Below, one piece after another: positions 25,041-29,428 of a stretch of 29,428 bases of DNA (position 1 is the stretch's first letter; each line of letters begins with the position of its first letter). The notes below the pieces were generated by a model. That model was not told where the DNA came from. It saw nothing but the letters and a program-made list of their open reading frames with translations, and ran no database searches. Made by a program: the position numbers and the translations under genes. Source of the DNA: a virus (lineage: Duplodnaviria; Caudoviricetes); the IMG/VR virus record IMGVR_UViG_3300032214_000073, positions 1 through 29,428 of that record. One strand, 5' to 3'.

Positions 25041-25191
25041 GGAACTCACATTATAAGTGTAGAATTGTGGTGAAAATCACATAAAAACATGGTCATAACG
25101 TGAAACTCACATTATAATGGGTAATAAAGGGGATAAACTACAGCAGTTATGCGTGCTATAAGGGGATAATCTCAGTAAAAATAAGGGGATA
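25041..25191. repeat. Short-repeat array in the non-coding gap between the late and early regions
   Basis: AACTCACATTATAA at 25043 and 25104; TCACAT at 25046, 25077 and 25107; AAGGGGATA at 25127, 25160 and 25183. Confidence 0.65.
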
Positions 25192-25194
25192 GCC

Positions 25195-25971
25195 TTACGA
25201 AATGTTTTTCTTTCGGGTGTAAAGATACTCTTGGTACTTAGTAAATACCAGGTTATTTACTTTGTTATGCTTTTTGCAGTCTCTACATTGGAGCCAATGG
25301 TGCACTGTTCCTGCAGCTGTGACTACTTTCTTATTGTACCGGTGATTAATACCACCACATTCAGCACATTCGTATCTATCACCACCATACTGCACAGCAT
25401 AGTTATGGTTTACTAAGGCATAGCTGTTGAGTTTCTCAAATACTGACTCAAGGACCTGAACATCCATCTTACAATACTCCACCATCTTATCAAGTGCCTC
25501 TTGGTCCTTGCGAAAAACTATATCTTTCCACAGGTCAAGGCCTCCCGTTTCCATCTTTGCCCCTACCTTTAGGAGCTTGGCAATATAGTCTAGTTTGTTT
25601 GAGTTAAAATTAAAGTACCTTTTAGCCCATTTAAGCGTATCTATGGTCTTAGGGGATGGCATAACACCAATGCCATGGAATAAAGCTCTTGTACGTATCC
25701 ATTTAAGGTCAAACCTATCACCATTGTGTGCCACAATCTCATCCGCTTCATGGAGTACTTTGACAAATGCCTCAATCATTTTCTTATCACTCTGTGATTT
25801 GCTCCATGTTAGGCTGTGAATTTCATCTTCACCCTCCCATTTGTAGCATATGCATATGATAGCCCGTTCATGAATGATATCACCTGGGTTAATTGTTAGG
25901 TTGTATCCTGTTCTCCAGAATACTCCGACATTGAAAGAGGTCTCAATGTCATAAAATAGTCTTTTTCTCAT
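25195..25971 (-). CDS. DnaQ/RNase H-like 3'-5' exonuclease with C-terminal zinc ribbon
   Basis: ExoI YDIET, ExoII HNGDRFD, ExoIII YCKMDV; CAEC...CRDC. Confidence 0.85.
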   Translation of the reverse strand: MRKRLFYDIETSFNVGVFWRTGYNLTINPGDIIHERAIICICYKWEGEDEIHSLTWSKSQSDKKMIEAFVKVLHEADEIVAHNGDRFDLKWIRTRALFHGIGVMPSPKTIDTLKWAKRYFNFNSNKLDYIAKLLKVGAKMETGGLDLWKDIVFRKDQEALDKMVEYCKMDVQVLESVFEKLNSYALVNHNYAVQYGGDRYECAECGGINHRYNKKVVTAAGTVHHWLQCRDCKKHNKVNNLVFTKYQEYLYTRKKNIS

Positions 25972-26414
25972 AGCTTAAACAGCAGGGCAATCCTGTCAAG
26001 TAGCCCCTTTTGAATTAAAAAACGGAGCAATATACCTAGAATAAACGCAACAATAACAGGCCACCATAGTATTTTATACTTGATTACCTCTTTAGCTTGA
26101 GCAGTTTTGTAGATAGTCTTACCTCGTATCTTTTCAACCTTGGTCTTGTATCTATATTCTATCCTTGTTTGCCATCTAGTCTTTGGCACATAGATGTTAT
26201 TGAACTTTATAACCGTATCGCGATACGCGATAAACTTTTCCCAAAAGATAGTGTCATTGTGTACTATTGGGAATGAGTCCACAGTAGCTATGCGGATGGT
26301 ATCACTATCCTGGACAACTTGCAATCCATTCTTAAGTGCTTTTTTGTAATGCCATTGAGCTCGTTTAGGAGCGGAGCAGGATAACAGGATGAGTATAGGT
26401 ATCAAATATCTCAT
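25968..26414 (-). CDS. Putative unimolecular spanin
   Basis: N-terminal MRYLIPILILLSC lipobox-like signal and C-terminal TM WWPVIVAFILGILLRFLI; follows the endolysin gene. Confidence 0.6.
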   Translation of the reverse strand: MRYLIPILILLSCSAPKRAQWHYKKALKNGLQVVQDSDTIRIATVDSFPIVHNDTIFWEKFIAYRDTVIKFNNIYVPKTRWQTRIEYRYKTKVEKIRGKTIYKTAQAKEVIKYKILWWPVIVAFILGILLRFLIQKGLLDRIALLFKL

Positions 26415-27058
26415 AGGCTTTGTAACATTGCTATCATTCTAGGGCATGGGTAAATATCGGCCTTGTCTTTTCTCACTGAGTTGTGAGTATAGATCCCTGC
26501 AGTACCTTTGAATGCCTCTTTATCAATGGCAAATATCTCTGACCGGTATGCCTTGGGAATGTCATAGGTATCACACAGGTACTCCACCAATTGTCGAGTG
26601 CTTTCAATCTGCTCATCCGTATATTTGTACCAATACTTATTACCCTTGTAGGGTGTATCTAATGTAGTTACCATTGACGGGTCCACTACTCCCTTGACAT
26701 AGTTGTAGTACTTGCCATCTTTTAGCTTCAATGGACCCCAATTGCAAATTTCAATTCCTACAGATAGCTTGTTTAGGTTTTGGTACTTGAGGCCATGAGC
26801 TGAGAAGTCCTGACTATCTATGCCTAGATGATAAGCCCAGTGCTTGGAGGAGAAACATTGAACAATAGATCCTTTCTCACCTACCACAAATGCGGTTGCA
26901 ATCCTATCTCCGTTACTATTCCACCAACGTGATACAGCTACGGGGTTCCCATTGCCTGCAGTGTGGTGTAGATAGATTTGTTTTTTCTCAGACTCCTCAT
27001 GGAAGTACTGAGCATTAGATAGGCGTTCCTGTAATATCTTGCTTGTGTCTAATTTCAT
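26411..27058 (-). CDS. Endolysin, N-acetylmuramoyl-L-alanine amidase (Amidase_2)
   Basis: IYLHHTAG, AYHLG, SVGIEICN and THNSVRKDKADIYP zinc-amidase motifs. Confidence 0.9.
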   Translation of the reverse strand: MKLDTSKILQERLSNAQYFHEESEKKQIYLHHTAGNGNPVAVSRWWNSNGDRIATAFVVGEKGSIVQCFSSKHWAYHLGIDSQDFSAHGLKYQNLNKLSVGIEICNWGPLKLKDGKYYNYVKGVVDPSMVTTLDTPYKGNKYWYKYTDEQIESTRQLVEYLCDTYDIPKAYRSEIFAIDKEAFKGTAGIYTHNSVRKDKADIYPCPRMIAMLQSL

Positions 27059-27506
27059 CCACCTCTTTTTTAATATCCTTAGCTCTTGAAAATAAGTTTT
27101 TCATTGCCTTCCATAGGTCAAGCCCTTTCACTGCTTTGTAGTTTTCATTGATACTCATAACCTCGATTGATACCAGAATAAGAGATAGTACTTTGGTAAG
27201 CATGAGCTCCACCGAGAAAAACTGCAGAATGATTTTATTTAGTATGAATTGGTCAATCATGTAGAACATAATCACAGTAACTTCATACAGCAACATCTTA
27301 CTAATGATAGCAGATAGGCCCCTGCTTGTGATTGGCACCTTGTGTTTGATGCTCTTCCATACTCCTGTAATGGTATCAAGTAAAATCACAAACCCAACTA
27401 GGAACAATAGCCCTGATATTGGCATTAGGAATGTACTGATAACAGCTAACAACTTAAACCAATTGGCTTTCATTGTAGCAAGTAGTATGGTGAGCTGTGA
27501 GTTCAT
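27015..27506 (-). CDS. Holin (phage holin family 4-like)
   Basis: Multiple TM segments with LDTITGVWKS and EVMSINEN motifs; directly upstream of the endolysin gene. Confidence 0.85.
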   Translation of the reverse strand: MNSQLTILLATMKANWFKLLAVISTFLMPISGLLFLVGFVILLDTITGVWKSIKHKVPITSRGLSAIISKMLLYEVTVIMFYMIDQFILNKIILQFFSVELMLTKVLSLILVSIEVMSINENYKAVKGLDLWKAMKNLFSRAKDIKKEVDEIRHKQDITGTPI

Positions 27507-28072
27507 TACAAGATTAGGATGCTGTTGTTGTATCCGTTCTCAAGGAAGTTACCACACATACCTGTGCAAGTCAACTGATACTGATTGATGCATGAGCAAT
27601 GGTTGAACATTGGTCTAAGGTCAGTGTCCATGTTAGTGGTACTGATAAACTGAGGGAACAGGTTGCGGTTAGCTAGTAGCCATCTGATTAGACGCTGCTC
27701 AAAGAAACTAGCTTTCTGTGCATAGTGCTCCATGCCAAATGCTACCTCTGAACGGGATACGCTTGCAGAATAATCTCCGTTTTGAGTTTGAAGTCCTTTG
27801 TTTTTTAACTGATATGTCAACCCAAACACTGCATCCTCTGCAGATCTCCAAGCTATCACTGGCTGTATAAACTCCACCAAATTAATCTCATCAGGGTTAA
27901 GTGCTGTGTTATTATACTGAGTTAATAAATAGTTATAGAAAGTAGTGCCTAAAATAGGCTGTACCCGTAGTGCTGCCTGAGTAGCTATGTATGGGGTTAC
28001 ATCCGTCACATCCACATTGGCTGTAATGGGTGTGTTAGTTTTTAGGTAGGTTTCGGTGATAAAGTACAGCAT
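27506..28072 (-). CDS. Putative head-tail adaptor protein
   Basis: 188 aa, helical, directly after the portal gene; FITETYLK...VQPILGTTFY N-terminus. Assignment is mainly by context. Confidence 0.55.
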   Translation of the reverse strand: MLYFITETYLKTNTPITANVDVTDVTPYIATQAALRVQPILGTTFYNYLLTQYNNTALNPDEINLVEFIQPVIAWRSAEDAVFGLTYQLKNKGLQTQNGDYSASVSRSEVAFGMEHYAQKASFFEQRLIRWLLANRNLFPQFISTTNMDTDLRPMFNHCSCINQYQLTCTGMCGNFLENGYNNSILIL

Positions 28073-29367
28073 TACTGAGCAGGGTTTGTAGGTTCATCAA
28101 TTGGAGGTAAAGAGGCTAGAGCTCTAATCTCATTGGTAGTCATTTTTTCAAGTACTTTGCTTAGCAGTGCATCACTCAAGTTGTTTAATGCATCCTTAAC
28201 TTTTGCCGTTTCCTCATCCACCTCAACAATAGCATCACCAATGATTTGAAAGTTATTGATAGTGAACTCAGCAGGGATGCGTGCAATGGTTAGTATCTCA
28301 TTAAAAATAGTTACTACCTGTTGACGTAACTCCATTACCACGTTTTTCTCAAAGATAACATAGGCCTGCTTGATATCAGAGCCACTGCCTAAGCTTCCTG
28401 TGGTACGTACACCCATTAAAATGGGGTCAATGGTGTGAGCAAAACAAATCTGCTCAGTGTTCAGTGCAGATGCCTCATGGAATAGCTTGTCATTGCCGTT
28501 GGTAGGTAGGCTTTCAATCTTTGGAAGTTGGTCCGCTGAGTTAGCAAAGAATGCAACAGCTTTACCTGCATTGGCTGCACCTTTTAACCTGTCAATAGTT
28601 TCCTTGATCATGTGTTTTTCCTCTTCAGACTGTGGTCGTTTAGGGAACATCATAGCGAATGATGGGAACACACTATTTTGAATGTTACTTTTTGCGAAGT
28701 AAGATAGCTCACCACTCAAAAACGCAAAATTTAGACAGGAACTATATGTTGGTATTGGATAGTAGTCCTGCCCAACTGACTTAACCTCATAGCAATATAG
28801 CTGAATTTCATCTGTACAGGTGATGTGGTAAGGCTTAATTACCTCCGTATCTATCCTGGTACTCCAATCATCTGATAAATAGTAGTATCTTTTGCATGGT
28901 GATACCCTTACTTTCTCAGGTGATACATTCTCAATCTTGATAAGTTTCTTTTTTTCACCAAAAAATAGCTTAAAATATACACGATTGTGGATGATTAACT
29001 GCTTAGTCACAGCTTTTACGGTGTGTTTTAAGTTAGCTTTTTTCTCAAAGCTGAACATCTCTAGCTTTTCTTGTGGTGTAAGCTTGTCAGTTGTAAGGTT
29101 GAAACCTCCACCAATAACAGCATTGGTCTTAAAGTCCACAATTGCACCATGTAATGGCGAGCTGTAGTACATTTGATTCAACATTTCTGGATAAAGGTTC
29201 CCCTCACCAAAACGCACCCATGACTCCTGTACATATCTACCATTGATGTATGGCAGTGTTAAGTTACCTCTCCCTACCGGTAGAAATGGGGTGCTAAATG
29301 ATTGATAGCCCTCCACCATTTCGGGGCCTTTTGGTTTGCTGTTAAATAGTCTTTCGTACCAAGCCAT
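28072..29367 (-). CDS. Portal protein
   Basis: 431 aa; FGEGNLYP, SPLHGAIV, KGAANAGK, ICFAHTIDPILMG and C-terminal MTTNEIRALASLPP typical of portals. Confidence 0.85.
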   Translation of the reverse strand: MAWYERLFNSKPKGPEMVEGYQSFSTPFLPVGRGNLTLPYINGRYVQESWVRFGEGNLYPEMLNQMYYSSPLHGAIVDFKTNAVIGGGFNLTTDKLTPQEKLEMFSFEKKANLKHTVKAVTKQLIIHNRVYFKLFFGEKKKLIKIENVSPEKVRVSPCKRYYYLSDDWSTRIDTEVIKPYHITCTDEIQLYCYEVKSVGQDYYPIPTYSSCLNFAFLSGELSYFAKSNIQNSVFPSFAMMFPKRPQSEEEKHMIKETIDRLKGAANAGKAVAFFANSADQLPKIESLPTNGNDKLFHEASALNTEQICFAHTIDPILMGVRTTGSLGSGSDIKQAYVIFEKNVVMELRQQVVTIFNEILTIARIPAEFTINNFQIIGDAIVEVDEETAKVKDALNNLSDALLSKVLEKMTTNEIRALASLPPIDEPTNPAQ

Positions 29368-29369
29368 AG

Positions 29370-29428
29370 TTAATCGTATATTGAAGTTCCTGCAGGACCA
29401 CTGACTACAAGCCTACCCTCTTCAATAA
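29370..29428 (-). CDS. C-terminal part of the protein starting at 274 (across the circular junction)
   Basis: (G)TT ATT GAA...TAC GAT TAA = VIEEGRLVVSGPAGTSIYD*, ending 2 nt before the portal ATG; in frame with 274..1. Confidence 0.65.
   Translation of the reverse strand, partial: IEEGRLVVSGPAGTSIYD

Noticed and set aside
25041-25191. Mini-CRISPR array
   Set aside because: Repeats are only 6-14 nt, of two kinds and irregularly spaced; no cas genes.
1-29428. Alternative genetic code, tRNA genes, introns or inteins
   Set aside because: Standard-code ORFs tile the genome densely, core proteins have normal lengths, and no cloverleaf was noticed in the few non-coding gaps.

Overview
The window looks like an essentially complete, circularly permuted ~29.4 kb genome of a tailed dsDNA phage (probably siphovirus-like) of a Bacteroidota/Flavobacteria-type host. 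The host inference rests on TAnnTTTG promoters, a DUF3127-type SSB and a BT4734/VirE-N primase-helicase. One reading frame runs in frame across the end/start junction. Almost all genes are on the minus strand. The early/replication block (~24940 to ~15500) encodes small acidic proteins, a C5 cytosine MTase, HTH proteins, an iteron-rich origin, primase-SF3 helicase, an amino-MTase, VRR-NUC, ERF, YqaJ exonuclease and SSB. It is followed by an ECF-like sigma factor, then packaging, tail, head, portal, lysis genes and a DnaQ-like exonuclease. No integrase, DNA polymerase, tRNA or CRISPR array was seen. The most notable signal is a regulatory circuit readable from the DNA. (1) Five copies of RAACA-N15/16-YAATATAGGT abut the start codon of each late operon; these are candidate promoters for the phage sigma factor, probably giving leaderless mRNAs. 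(2) A ~55-nt candidate small RNA, with its own host-type promoter and terminator, lies inside a coding 3' end and is complementary to the 5' leaders of two distant early operons. (3) An inverted pair of paralogous genes has a host-type promoter overlapping the head-operon late promoter on the opposite strand. All functions are inferred from motifs read by eye; no searches were run.
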